Below, in pieces: positions 52,866 through 63,036 of a stretch of 64,000 nt of DNA. Source of the stretch: an uncultured Acidobacteriota bacterium (lineage in GTDB: Bacteria > Acidobacteriota > JAQAZP01); contig CAWIIB010000009.1 of the NCBI GenBank assembly GCA_963836075.1, positions 3,136,001-3,200,000 of the forward strand, read 5' to 3'. The position numbers were made by a program, and so were the translations under genes. A model generated the notes under the pieces. The model was not told the origin of the DNA and did no database searches. It saw only the letters and a list, made by a program, of their open reading frames with translations. How positions within the stretch are numbered: the first letter of the stretch is position 1; every line of letters begins with the position of its first letter.

Positions 52866-54314
52866 TCACTCCTCGACGTAGCCCAGGTCTTTCAGTTTCC
52901 GCGCGGTTTCCTCGTCAGCCGGTTGGGGGGGGCGATCCGCCCAGCGGGCGGCCATGGCGGCCATATGGGTGTGCGGGGCCATGTATCGGCGGGAGAGTTC
53001 TTCGGCGAACAGGGGCTGTTCGTCCCGCAGGTCGACTTTTTCCAGCGGGTCGCGGTGCAGGTCGTGGAGGCCGGTGAGCCGGCCTTCGGCGTCGAAGGTG
53101 GCCTTCATGCCGTCCACCAGCCAGGCCCGGCGGCCATCCTCGCCGCGGGTGAAGAGCAGGGGCGCGGGGATGTCATTTGCCTTGCCGCCGGGGGTGGGAG
53201 ACTGGCGGAGCAGCGGTGAGAGATCGCGGCCCTGGAAACCATCCGGTGCGTCGATGCCGAGCAGGGCGAGGATGGTGGGCGCCACGTCGAGCAGGGTGGC
53301 CGGACGGTGCAGCACGCCGGCGGCCACCCCCGGGCCGGCCAGGATCAGCGGCACGCGGTTCACCGGTTCACCCAGGGAGAGGGTGTGGCCGAAGTAGCAG
53401 TCCTTCTCGCCCAGCGCTTCACCGTGGTCGGCGGTGACCGCCACCAGGGTGCTCTGCTCCAGGCCCAGGGCGCGGAGCAGGTGGATGACCTCACCGATGC
53501 AGCGGTCGGTGTAGCGCACCTCACCGGCATAGTCGTCCCGCACCGCTGACGCCGCCGCCGGCGGGAGGGGCTGCCGGCGGTGGTGGAGGTCGAGAAACTG
53601 TTCGATGGTGCGGGGGCGATCCAGGTGACGGTTCCGGGGTGTGCGGTAGGGGGGCGGGGGAGCGTACTGCTGGTGGGGGTCCATGTAGTGCAGCCAGAGC
53701 ATGAACGGCCGGTCCCGGTTGCGGCGCAGCCAGCGGGCGGCTGCCCGGGATGTGTCTCCGGCCTGCAGCGGCAGGAAGCCGGAGGGGGTGGCGGCCGACG
53801 GCCGCCGACCGGTTTTGTAGAGTGGGAGATACTGGTCAAAGCCCTGCTCCAGGTTCCAGCCGGTCCCCACCACCCAGCTGCTGACCATGGCCGCGGTGGC
53901 CATGCCGGAGTGGCGGCAGGCCCGGGCCAGGGTGGGCAGCTCCCCGCCGATGGCTATGCCGTTGCCGAAACCGCCGTGGCCCTCGGGCGGCAGCGAGGTG
54001 AGCAGCGAGGCGTGGGCCGGCAGGGTGGTGTTGGCCGGGGTGACCACGTGCGGGATCAGGGTGCCGTGGCGGGCGAGGTCGTCGAGGTGCGGGGAGATCT
54101 GCGCCGGGTGGCCGCAGGTGGAGAGGTGATCGGTACGCAGGGTGTCCACGGTGATCAGCAGCAGGCTGGTTGCCGGGGCGGCCTGTTCCGTGCGAGGAGC
54201 TGTTTCGGGGCCGCCGCAACCGGCGACGGAGCAGAGCAGGGCGGCAAAGAGCAGGACGGCACACGGCAGGCCGGCAACCGCGGTGCGGTCACTGCTCCCC
54301 CCACCGCCGGTCAC
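52866..54314 (-). CDS. Sulfatase-like lipoprotein
   Basis: Lipobox VAGC; ITVDTLRTDHL, TTLPAHASLLT, HYMDPH, ADHGE, LKDLGYVE. Confidence 0.85.
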   Translation of the reverse strand: MTGGGGSSDRTAVAGLPCAVLLFAALLCSVAGCGGPETAPRTEQAAPATSLLLITVDTLRTDHLSTCGHPAQISPHLDDLARHGTLIPHVVTPANTTLPAHASLLTSLPPEGHGGFGNGIAIGGELPTLARACRHSGMATAAMVSSWVVGTGWNLEQGFDQYLPLYKTGRRPSAATPSGFLPLQAGDTSRAAARWLRRNRDRPFMLWLHYMDPHQQYAPPPPYRTPRNRHLDRPRTIEQFLDLHHRRQPLPPAAASAVRDDYAGEVRYTDRCIGEVIHLLRALGLEQSTLVAVTADHGEALGEKDCYFGHTLSLGEPVNRVPLILAGPGVAAGVLHRPATLLDVAPTILALLGIDAPDGFQGRDLSPLLRQSPTPGGKANDIPAPLLFTRGEDGRRAWLVDGMKATFDAEGRLTGLHDLHRDPLEKVDLRDEQPLFAEELSRRYMAPHTHMAAMAARWADRPPQPADEETARKLKDLGYVEE

Positions 54315-57289
54315 GGCCGGAAGTCCCAGGTGACGGGGATGCGGTCCAGCTCCACGCCGGTGGCCCCGTCGATCATCCGGATCACCCCGATATGCTCGTA
54401 TCCCGCGGGAGCCACCGCGGGCGCGCCGTTCAGCCGGTAGTCCAGCCGGGTCTGGATCCCGGGGTAGAGCGAGAAGGTGTCGTTGCCGTCCCGCTGGACG
54501 GTCACCGGAACCGTCTCCTTCCAGATGTACTCCTCGCGAAGCTCGAACTCCCAGCCGGTGCCCCGGGCCGAGTCGGCAAAGCCGCCGGCCAGCTGCAGGG
54601 TGAACTCGGTGGAGCCGGCCCGGCCGGGGTCGGGGTTGTTGAAGGTTGCGGTCCAGAAGGGGAAGGTCAGGCCGCCGCGGAGCAGGGCCCGCCCGTCCTG
54701 GTCCAGGACATTGGCCGCCAGGTCGGTGAACCGGCCGAACTGCCCCGGGGGCAGGGTCAGCCGGAAGCGGACCGCGGCCAGGTCGGCGTTGAGCTTGAAA
54801 CTGTGCTCGTAGGTGTCCGAATCCGTCTCCACGCGGTGGGTGCGGGCGAATCCTTCCACCACCCCTTCGGCCCTGCCGCTGAACGGCAGGTCGAGGCCGC
54901 AGCCCAGGCGGAAACTGCCGGAGGGATCTTCGCCCGCCTCGTGGTCCGGGTGCCAGGGGAGAGGTGTGCCGGTGGTGAAGCCGGCGAAGGTGACGGTGAG
55001 GTCGCAGTCCGAGGCCTCAACGGCCCGGAAGTTGGTCACCAGGTCCAGTTCCCAGGTGCCGGGGGTCAGGTCAGCGCCGCTGAGGAACCAGGTGGCGTCG
55101 CGGCGGTCGGTCTCGCTGTTCAGCCAGGCCGAGCGCCAGATACGGTATCCCTGCTGGTTGTAGGCCTGGATGCGAACGTTGCCGTAGGCCCCATCCGGGA
55201 TGGCGGCCTCCACCCGCATGGCGGCGGCCCCGGAGGGCACCCGGACGAAGTGGCGCTGCACCTCGCCGGCCCGGCGGCCGCTCTGCCCCAGCCGCAGGGT
55301 GTAGCCGTTGGCCGGGCCGGCGGTGAGCGGCGTGATCACCGAGACCACCATGGTGAACTCCTCGGCCTGGCGGCCGGCGCCTTTGGGGAAGGCCTTGACT
55401 TCGGCGCTGTGCAGGCCCGGCCCGCTGAGTTTGGCCGGGTCGATGCGCAGGGTCACCGTGGCCTCGCCCTCGCCGCGGATGTAGACCGAGCTTTTGTCCG
55501 GGCGCAGCCAGTCGGCGCTGGAGACGAGGTTGAAGGCGCGGTAGAACTGGTGGCGCTGGTCGGCGGTGGCCGATTCGGGGAAGACGGGGTGGACCCGGAA
55601 CTGCTGCTGGCTGGCGGTGGAGGGGAGGGCGGTGCCGTAGCGCCAATACCCGGCGCCCCCCGTCTCGTCACCGTAGACCGGGGAAAAGGTTTCTATGCGA
55701 TATCCCAGCAGCGTGCGGTCCTCATCCCCCTCGATCATCCGCTGCAGAGCCGTCCAGGAGTTGCCCACGTTGACCACTCCGGCCCCCTGGTCCAGACGGG
55801 TGTAACCGGGGAGGGGCACGGCGCCGGCTTTCAGCGCCCGGGCCAGCAGGGCCCCCTTCAGCGGCCGGTCGGTCCAGGTCTGTGCGGCGGCGCCGGCCAG
55901 CAGCAGGGCGGCACCGGCGGCCTGGGGCGTGGCCATGGAGGTGCCGGTGTAACGGTCGTGGGTCTCGAAGGGCGGCACCGTGGAGCATGAGGTGCCCGGG
56001 GCGATAACGTCGGGTTTGTCCACCAGGCCGCCGCGGGAGGAGTAGGAGGAGACCTGGTCGGTGGGGATGGCGGCCCCGAAGGCGTCCCGGGCGGTGGAGC
56101 GGTTGAGCAGCGCCCCCACGGTGAACAGGCCGGGGCCGCCGGCCGGTGCGCCCACCGAGTTGATGCCGGGGCCGGAGTTGCCCATGCTGGTCAACAGCAG
56201 CACCAGGTCCTCGTGGTCGGCCATGATCTCGCCCAGCACCTGGTCGGCGTCATTGCGGGCCACCGGGTCGCTGCCCACCCCGTAACTGAGATTGAAGATC
56301 ACCGGCACGTCGTGCTCTGTGGCGTAGTCCACGCCAAAGAGGAGGGCCTTCTTGAAACTGTCGGTGGTGGAGGCGCCGCCGGAGAGGGTGTTGTTGCCGA
56401 TCTTGAGGCTGATCACCCGGGCGCCGGGGGCGATGCCATTGTAGCCCTCCTGGCCGTTGAGCATGTAGCCGGCGGCGATGCCGGCCACATGGGAGCCGTG
56501 GGCCCCGTCGTCAAAGTGGATGCAGACCCGGTCCTCGTCGGGATAGATGTTCAGCGCCAGGGTCAACAGGTTGCGCGATGTCTCCGGGTCCCGGCCCCGA
56601 AGCTGAAACGAGTCGAAGTTGACGTGGTAGTCGCGGACCACCTTCTCGTCGTCCATCCGGCCGTCCCCGTCGGTGTCCACCACGGCGGCCCAGTGGGGCT
56701 CCGCTCCCTCTTCGCCCGCCGTCTCGAAGGCCAGCACGGCGAACACGTCGGTGGTGTCGCCGTTGTTGTTCAGGTCGGGAACCGAGGAGTTGACCGAGTC
56801 CTGCTCCTCCAGCCAGCCGAGCAGCCAGTCTCCCTCTTCCAGGGGCTGCTGCGGCAGGGTTTCCACCCCCCAGACCCGGCGTCCGGACCCCTCCACGGTG
56901 AGGTAGCGGTCACCGCCCTCAACTCCGCTGCTGTTGTCTTCGAAGACGGCCGGTTCCAGCTTCACATCCCCCTGACCGGTGAAGTCCCGCACATCCACCA
57001 CCTTCACCGTTCCATCAGGGATCATGGTGAGACCGGGGATGCTCATATCCACGCCGGTGTCCATGACCGCCAGCACTGCCCCCCGCCCATCGAACCCGGG
57101 GTTGGCGGCAATGAAATCCGCGGCCCCGATGGCGGTGGTGGAAAGAAACTCCCAACCGGGCCAGCCATCGACTTCGTCCGTTTCGGCTGCTGGAGCGGCG
57201 GGCGGGAGGATGGCGGTGAGAAGGAGCAGGGCGGCCAGGGGCGGCAGCCAGGCCAGGCTGGGGCGTCGGTGGATGGACGACATCGGCAT
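54311..57289 (-). CDS. Secreted S8 peptidase, tripeptidyl peptidase II-like
   Basis: Signal peptide; FDGRG..VMDTGVD, HGSHVAGIAAG, SLKIGN, SMGNSGPG, GTSMATP. Confidence 0.86.
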   Translation of the reverse strand: MPMSSIHRRPSLAWLPPLAALLLLTAILPPAAPAAETDEVDGWPGWEFLSTTAIGAADFIAANPGFDGRGAVLAVMDTGVDMSIPGLTMIPDGTVKVVDVRDFTGQGDVKLEPAVFEDNSSGVEGGDRYLTVEGSGRRVWGVETLPQQPLEEGDWLLGWLEEQDSVNSSVPDLNNNGDTTDVFAVLAFETAGEEGAEPHWAAVVDTDGDGRMDDEKVVRDYHVNFDSFQLRGRDPETSRNLLTLALNIYPDEDRVCIHFDDGAHGSHVAGIAAGYMLNGQEGYNGIAPGARVISLKIGNNTLSGGASTTDSFKKALLFGVDYATEHDVPVIFNLSYGVGSDPVARNDADQVLGEIMADHEDLVLLLTSMGNSGPGINSVGAPAGGPGLFTVGALLNRSTARDAFGAAIPTDQVSSYSSRGGLVDKPDVIAPGTSCSTVPPFETHDRYTGTSMATPQAAGAALLLAGAAAQTWTDRPLKGALLARALKAGAVPLPGYTRLDQGAGVVNVGNSWTALQRMIEGDEDRTLLGYRIETFSPVYGDETGGAGYWRYGTALPSTASQQQFRVHPVFPESATADQRHQFYRAFNLVSSADWLRPDKSSVYIRGEGEATVTLRIDPAKLSGPGLHSAEVKAFPKGAGRQAEEFTMVVSVITPLTAGPANGYTLRLGQSGRRAGEVQRHFVRVPSGAAAMRVEAAIPDGAYGNVRIQAYNQQGYRIWRSAWLNSETDRRDATWFLSGADLTPGTWELDLVTNFRAVEASDCDLTVTFAGFTTGTPLPWHPDHEAGEDPSGSFRLGCGLDLPFSGRAEGVVEGFARTHRVETDSDTYEHSFKLNADLAAVRFRLTLPPGQFGRFTDLAANVLDQDGRALLRGGLTFPFWTATFNNPDPGRAGSTEFTLQLAGGFADSARGTGWEFELREEYIWKETVPVTVQRDGNDTFSLYPGIQTRLDYRLNGAPAVAPAGYEHIGVIRMIDGATGVELDRIPVTWDFRP

Positions 57290-57488
57290 CGGTGAAACTC
57301 CTCTCGGTATGATTGATGAGTTCGGTTTTTTTGACCGGGATGATTCTATCGCCGGCCGCGCAAAAGGCGCAACCGGGCCCGTAGTGGCAAATAGCTCTTG
57401 AACTGGCGTCCGAATCGTCCGACAATTAGTGTATTCTACAGTTTCTCGCTCTCTTATGGCATTCCTCTTGACCGGGGGTACTGGTCCC

Positions 57489-59037
57489 ATGGAACCGAAC
57501 GCAGTCATACTGGTGGTGGATGACGACCCGGTCATCCGCGACTATCTGAGTTCCCTGCTCAGTTCAGCCGGCTACCTGGTGGTCACGGCCACTAACGGGG
57601 TGGAGGCCCTGGAGCGGCTGGCCGGTTTTTCCGTGGATCTGGTGATCACCGACCTGAAGATGCCCAGCATGGACGGCTATGAGTTCTGCCGCCGGTTGAG
57701 CGAGGACCCGCGGTACAGCAACATTCCCGTGGTGATCATCAGTGGCCAGTCCGAACGATCGGACAGGGTCCGCGGTCTGGAACTGGGTGCGCTGGACTTT
57801 CTGATCAAGCCGTTTCACATGACCGAGGTCATGGCCAAGGTCCGCAACTGGGTCAACTATCACCAGCTGAGCGAGAAGTGGCTCCATGCCATGGAGGATC
57901 TCGGCTCGGTAACCGACTACTCCCGGGGCATCCTCAAGGAGTTCGATCCGCAGACCTTTGGCACGGCGCGCTGGCTGCAGCGGATGTTCACTCACATCGA
58001 GCAGTCGGCCCCGCGGCACGACGAGATCCCGCAGTTCCTGATGCTGGTGGAGCGCAACGGCGGCCAGGGCTGCCGGGTACGGCTCATCGCCCGGGAGACC
58101 GATGACGCCACCATCGAGGGACTGGGCGAGTGGGTGGAGCTGGGAGCCAGCGCGCTGGACAGCGACGTCTACTGGCGCAACGACCCGATCCGGGCCGTGG
58201 ATTTCGAGAGCTCGACGGACGATCATGACGCCATCCCCTTTGTCCAGTTGAGCCGCAACACCGTGTCCTTGCGTAATTTTGTCTCGGTCTGTTCCAGCGG
58301 GGCGCTGCTTCTGCTGGGCATCAACTATCCGGGCAAGGTGGCCGAGGAATACGGTTACATCCTCAAGGCCGCGCTGCTGCACCACGACTTTTTCCGCACC
58401 ATCGCCGCCCGCGGGCGCGAGGTGGAGGATGCCTTCCACTACACAGTGGGGGCCCTGGCCCGGGCCTCGGCGGCCAACGATGTGGAGACCGGCAACCACC
58501 TGATGCGGGTCAACGAGTACCTCGGCCCTGCTGGCCGCCACCATGGGCCTGTCCGAAGAGCTGGTGAGCGAGTTGCGCCACTTCGCCCAGATGCACGATG
58601 TGGGCAAGATCCAGATCAGTGCTGACATCCTGCTGAAGAAGGGCAAGCTGACCCGGGATGAGTGGGAGGAGATGAAGCGCCACACCATCTACGGCGTGGA
58701 AATCCTCGGGGACTCGCCGCGGCTGGATGTGGCCCGGCAGATCGCCCTCAGCCACCACGAGTGCTGGGACGGGTCGGGTTACCCCCAGGGTCTGAAGGAG
58801 GATGAGATCCCCCTGGCGGCACGGGTGGTCAAACTGGCCGATGCTTACGATGCCCTGCGCAGCCGCCGGGTTTACAAACCGGTGCTCTCCGGGGAGGAGG
58901 CCTACGGCATTATCGTCAACGGTGACGACAGCCGGGCCCGGCCCGAGGAGTTCGACCCCGCCGTTCTCGCCGCCTTCCGCTCCTGCGCCAGCGAGATGGA
59001 CGCCATCTTCCGCCGCCTCTCCGATACCAGCGACTGA
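57489..59037 (+). CDS. Response regulator with HD-GYP c-di-GMP phosphodiesterase domain (frameshift near 58520)
   Basis: REC (VVDDD, TDLKMP, KP), then ETGNHLMRV, continuing in ORF 58543-59037 with MHDVGK, HHECWDGSGYP. Confidence 0.85.
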
Positions 59038-59142
59038 CGGGACATTCAGTCAATCGAAGGACAGCAGTGGCACCTGGTCCTCTTTTTCGCCTCATTTTCT
59101 GCTTTTCTGTATAATCGGCGTAACGATCTCTCGGAGGTGTTG

Positions 59143-60966
59143 ATGTCCCGTCTGTTTGGCGCCGCAGCGTTTCTCATTCCCCTGGTGGTCTACTGGCTGA
59201 CCGCCGCGCCGGGTATGACGCTGATCGACAGCGGCGAGCTGGCCCTCAGCGCATGGAACCCGGGCGTGGCGCATCCCCCGGGGTTCCCGCTCTACGTGCT
59301 GGTGGGATTTCTCTTTGCCCGCCTGCCCCTGGCCGAACCGGCCCGCAACCTGAACCTCTTTTCGGCCCTCTGCGGCGCGGCCGCCTGCTGGCTGGTCTGG
59401 CTGGCGGCGCGGGTGGTCATCCGGCGCGAGCGGGACTGGACCGTGGAGCTGGCCGCCCTCTGCGCCGCACTGACTTTCGGGTTCACCTTTGTTCTCTGGG
59501 GTTTTACCTCCTTCACCGAGGTCTACACCCTGAGCCTGGCCCTGCTGGCCGCGGCCGTTTTCTTCCTGCTCCGGGCCATGGAGGCCGACATCCCACCGCC
59601 GCGGCTGCTGCTCTGGGCGGCGTTCTTCTGGGCCCTGGCCCTGGCCGTCCATCTGGGCACCGTGGCGCTCACCGCACCGGCATTCCTCTTTGCCGCGCTC
59701 ACCGCCGGCCGGGGGGAGTTCTCGTGGTCCGCAACCCTGGGCAACTGGCGGCGGCTGGTGGTGCCCGCGGCGCTGGTGGTGGCCGTGGCCGGCCTGCTCT
59801 ATTCCACCATCGCCCTGCTGGCCTGGCTGGGACCGCAGTTCAACTGGGGCGACGCCACCAGCCTCTCCCGCTTCCTGCGCCACGTCAGCGGCAAGCAATA
59901 CCAGGGGAACCTCTTCTCCTCCACCGCCGCGGTGGTCTGGGCCGAGCTGCTGCGCATCGGCCGGCACACGTTCTTCCAGGGCACCCCACTGGCCCTCCTC
60001 GCCGCTCTCTGGGGCATGGTGGTGTTGCGCCGGCCCCGCGGCCGCCGACTGCTGGTCACGTTGCTCCTGCTGATCCTGTTCAACGTTTTTTATGCGCTGG
60101 CCTACGAAATCAACGAGGACAAGGAAGCCTATTACATGGTGACCTTCTTTGCCGGGGCCCTGCTGATGGCCGCGGGGGCCGGCGACCTGCTGCAGCGGGC
60201 ACGGCCGCGGCGCCTGCTGGCGGGTCTTGCCGCCGGGCTGGTCCTGCTGCCGGCGGCGGTGCTCTGGATGCACTGGGACGAATGCGACCGCAGCGCTGAC
60301 CACCGGGCGCAGATGCTGGTCCGGGAGATCTGTGACCCGCTGCCCCGGGGAGCGCTGCTGCTGACCCGGGAGTGGCAGTTCTACTCCCCCTGGCTTTACT
60401 ACCACCACGTTCTCGGCTACCGCCCGGACCTGCGGGTGGTGGACGTCAACCTGGTCCGCCGCTCGTGGTATATGGACTATCTGGAGCGCCGGGTCCCAGG
60501 CCTCATGGCCGCCGCGGAGCCGCAGAAACTCGCCTTCCTCCGGCAGCTGGCCCTGTTCGAGGAGGACCGGCCCTATGACCCGGGAACCATCCAGCAGACG
60601 TTCGTCGCCTTTTTCAACGGTTTGATCACCGCCGCCGGCGACGAGGGGGCGCCGGTGCACATCATCATTCCCATGGAGAGCGGCGTGGGCGCCGGCTGGA
60701 CCCCGGTGCCCCACGGGCTGACCTTCCGGCTGCTGCCGCCGGGGAACCCGCGGCCGGCGCCGGCTGATATCGCCATCCGTGAGCGGGAGCGGTGGGTCTT
60801 TGGCCGGGACGACCTGGCCGGACGCAAAGTGCGGTGGCTGCACGGCGAGATGCTCTACTGGGCCGGCCGGCACTGTGCCGACCGGGGGGAAGCGGTCCGG
60901 GCCCGGCAGTTCGTGGAGCGGGCGGACGCCGTCCACCCTCCGGGGACGCCCTATCCCGGACACTAG
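59143..60966 (+). CDS. DUF2723 / TMEM260-like membrane glycosyltransferase
   Basis: DSGEL..GVAHPPGFPLY, TEVY, AVHL, NWGD, RPDL; GGAGGT RBS and TATAAT at 59110. Confidence 0.86.
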   Translation: MSRLFGAAAFLIPLVVYWLTAAPGMTLIDSGELALSAWNPGVAHPPGFPLYVLVGFLFARLPLAEPARNLNLFSALCGAAACWLVWLAARVVIRRERDWTVELAALCAALTFGFTFVLWGFTSFTEVYTLSLALLAAAVFFLLRAMEADIPPPRLLLWAAFFWALALAVHLGTVALTAPAFLFAALTAGRGEFSWSATLGNWRRLVVPAALVVAVAGLLYSTIALLAWLGPQFNWGDATSLSRFLRHVSGKQYQGNLFSSTAAVVWAELLRIGRHTFFQGTPLALLAALWGMVVLRRPRGRRLLVTLLLLILFNVFYALAYEINEDKEAYYMVTFFAGALLMAAGAGDLLQRARPRRLLAGLAAGLVLLPAAVLWMHWDECDRSADHRAQMLVREICDPLPRGALLLTREWQFYSPWLYYHHVLGYRPDLRVVDVNLVRRSWYMDYLERRVPGLMAAAEPQKLAFLRQLALFEEDRPYDPGTIQQTFVAFFNGLITAAGDEGAPVHIIIPMESGVGAGWTPVPHGLTFRLLPPGNPRPAPADIAIRERERWVFGRDDLAGRKVRWLHGEMLYWAGRHCADRGEAVRARQFVERADAVHPPGTPYPGH

Positions 60967-60999
60967 GTCGCGGGTGTGCTGCAGACAGAGGGAGGATGC

Positions 61000-61403
61000 A
61001 TGGAGCGAAAGACCAGAACCGTCCTGGCCATCACCCTGGCACTGGGTATCCTGTCCGGTGCCTGCGGCAACGGGGGAGATACGGCGGGGAGCCGGCGGCC
61101 CGGGGCCGTGACGCCTATGGCGAATTCATCGCTTACGGCACCGAGCGCAAGGCGATCATCTCCGGTGACTGGAAATATATCGTGGGGCTGGCAGACGGGC
61201 TCGAAGAACTGTACCATCTGGGGCAGGATCCCATGGAGCAGGTAAACCTGGCGGCCAGGGAAAAAGGCCGGGTAGCCGACATGCGCCGCCGCCTGCAACA
61301 GCACCTGGAAGCCTGTGCCGGCCGGCGGCAGTGGTCCGGTGAGCGGCTGGCCCTCCAGGGAAGAATGGTCGAAGAGCTTCAGGCCCTCGGGTGTGTGGAG
61401 TGA
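61000..61403 (+). pseudogene. Sulfatase-like lipoprotein remnant with catalytic core deleted
   Basis: RBS and lipoprotein leader (LSGAC) joined out of frame near 61105 to the sulfatase tail GDWKYI..EELYHLGQDPMEQVNL..LQALGCVE. Confidence 0.7.
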
Positions 61404-61420
61404 GGCCGGGAGGACGGAAG

Positions 61421-63010
61421 ATGGCGAAAAGCGTTTCCTGGAAGCAGTTCAAGGAGCAGTGCTGGTGGGACGACGAGACCGGTTTCCGTCTCGACTACAG
61501 CCGGATGGGGTTTTCCGAGGGATACATCTCCAGGATGGAACCGGCCATCTACACCGCCATCCAGCAGATGACGGCGCTGGAAAGCGGTGCTGTGGCCAAC
61601 CCCGACGAGAAGCGGATGGTGGGCCACTACTGGCTGCGGGCGCCGGATCTGGCCCCGAGCCCGGCCATCACCAGGGAGATCCGCTCCACCGTGGCGCAGA
61701 TCCGCCAGTTCGCCGCGCACGTTCATGCCGGCGACCTGGCCCCGGAGCGTGGCGGCAGGTTTACCCGGCTGCTGCTGGTGGGGATCGGCGGATCGGCCCT
61801 CGGCCCGCAACTGGTGGACGATGCCCTTGCCGGCGCCGATGACCCGCTTCGCGCCCACTTCTTCGACAACACCGATCCCGACGGAATGGACCGGGAGCTG
61901 AACCTCATCGGCAACGACCTGCAGCGCACGCTGGTGGTGGTGGTCTCCAAGTCGGGCTCCACCCCCGAGACGCGCAACGGCATGCTGGAGACCATGGCCG
62001 CGTACGGCAGGGCCGGGCTGAACTTCGGGGCCCACGCGGCGGCGGTCACCGGCCAGGGCAGCAAACTGGCCGACTTTGCCGCGGAGAACTCCTTTCTCAG
62101 CATCTTTCCCATGTGGGACTGGGTGGGGGGGAGGACCTCGGTGATGTCCGCGGTGGGGCTGCTGCCGGCGGCGCTCCAGGGCTTCCCTGTGGAGCGGCTG
62201 CTGGCCGGCGCCCGCCGGATGGACGCGCTGACCCGCTCGCAGGAGGTGCGGCTGAACCCGGCGCTGCTGCTGGCCCTGGCCTGGCACCATGCCGGCGAAG
62301 GACGGGGGCTGAAGGACATGGTGGTCATCCCCTACAAGGACCGCCTGGCCCTGTTCAGCCGCTACCTGCAGCAACTGGTGATGGAGTCCCTGGGCAAGGA
62401 GCAGAACCTGGAGGGCAAAGTGGTCCACCAGGGGATCGCTGTCTACGGCAACAAGGGCTCCACCGACCAGCACGCATACGTGCAGCAGCTGCGGGACGGC
62501 ATCCACAATTTTTTCCTTACCTTCATCCATGTGCTTCGGCAGCGTGATGGCGGTTCGCTGGACGTGGAGGACGACATTACCTGCGGCGACTACCTCTCCG
62601 GCTTTCTCCTCGGGACGCGCCAGGCGCTGACCGAGAGCGGGCGGGCCACGATGACCATCACCCTGCCCGCGGTCACCCCGGAATCGCTGGGCTCGCTGAT
62701 TGCCCTCTTCGAGCGAACGGTGGGCTTCTACGCTTCGATGGTGGGGATCAACGCTTACAACCAGCCGGGAGTTGAAGCGGGGAAAAAGGCCGCCCAGAGC
62801 ATATTGGACCTCCAGCTGGCCCTGGCGGTGGTCTTGCGCGAGAACCGGGGCCGCTGGCTCTCGGTGGCGGAACTGGCCCGCGAGACACTCTCCGGCAGCA
62901 GTCCGGAGACGGTGTTTCACATCGTCGAGTCACTGGCGGCCAACGGCCGTTACGGCGTCCGCGCCGAGCGGGGACCCACCCCGTTCCAGAACCGCTACCG
63001 CATCGATTGA
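61421..63010 (+). CDS. pgi: Glucose-6-phosphate isomerase
   Basis: NPDEKRMVGHYWLR, GIGGSALGP, SKSGSTPET, DWVGGRTS, QQLVMESLGKE, NAYNQPGVEAGK. Confidence 0.96.
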   Translation: MAKSVSWKQFKEQCWWDDETGFRLDYSRMGFSEGYISRMEPAIYTAIQQMTALESGAVANPDEKRMVGHYWLRAPDLAPSPAITREIRSTVAQIRQFAAHVHAGDLAPERGGRFTRLLLVGIGGSALGPQLVDDALAGADDPLRAHFFDNTDPDGMDRELNLIGNDLQRTLVVVVSKSGSTPETRNGMLETMAAYGRAGLNFGAHAAAVTGQGSKLADFAAENSFLSIFPMWDWVGGRTSVMSAVGLLPAALQGFPVERLLAGARRMDALTRSQEVRLNPALLLALAWHHAGEGRGLKDMVVIPYKDRLALFSRYLQQLVMESLGKEQNLEGKVVHQGIAVYGNKGSTDQHAYVQQLRDGIHNFFLTFIHVLRQRDGGSLDVEDDITCGDYLSGFLLGTRQALTESGRATMTITLPAVTPESLGSLIALFERTVGFYASMVGINAYNQPGVEAGKKAAQSILDLQLALAVVLRENRGRWLSVAELARETLSGSSPETVFHIVESLAANGRYGVRAERGPTPFQNRYRID

Positions 63011-63036
63011 GGTCGCCGGCAGCAGGGAGAGGGCAG

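Noticed and set aside
31747-62920. Long antisense ORFs (e.g. 31747-33591, 40119-42791, 46735-48621, 49791-51863, 59092-60963)
   Set aside because: They are shadows of real genes caused by high-GC codon bias and have no recognisable motifs.
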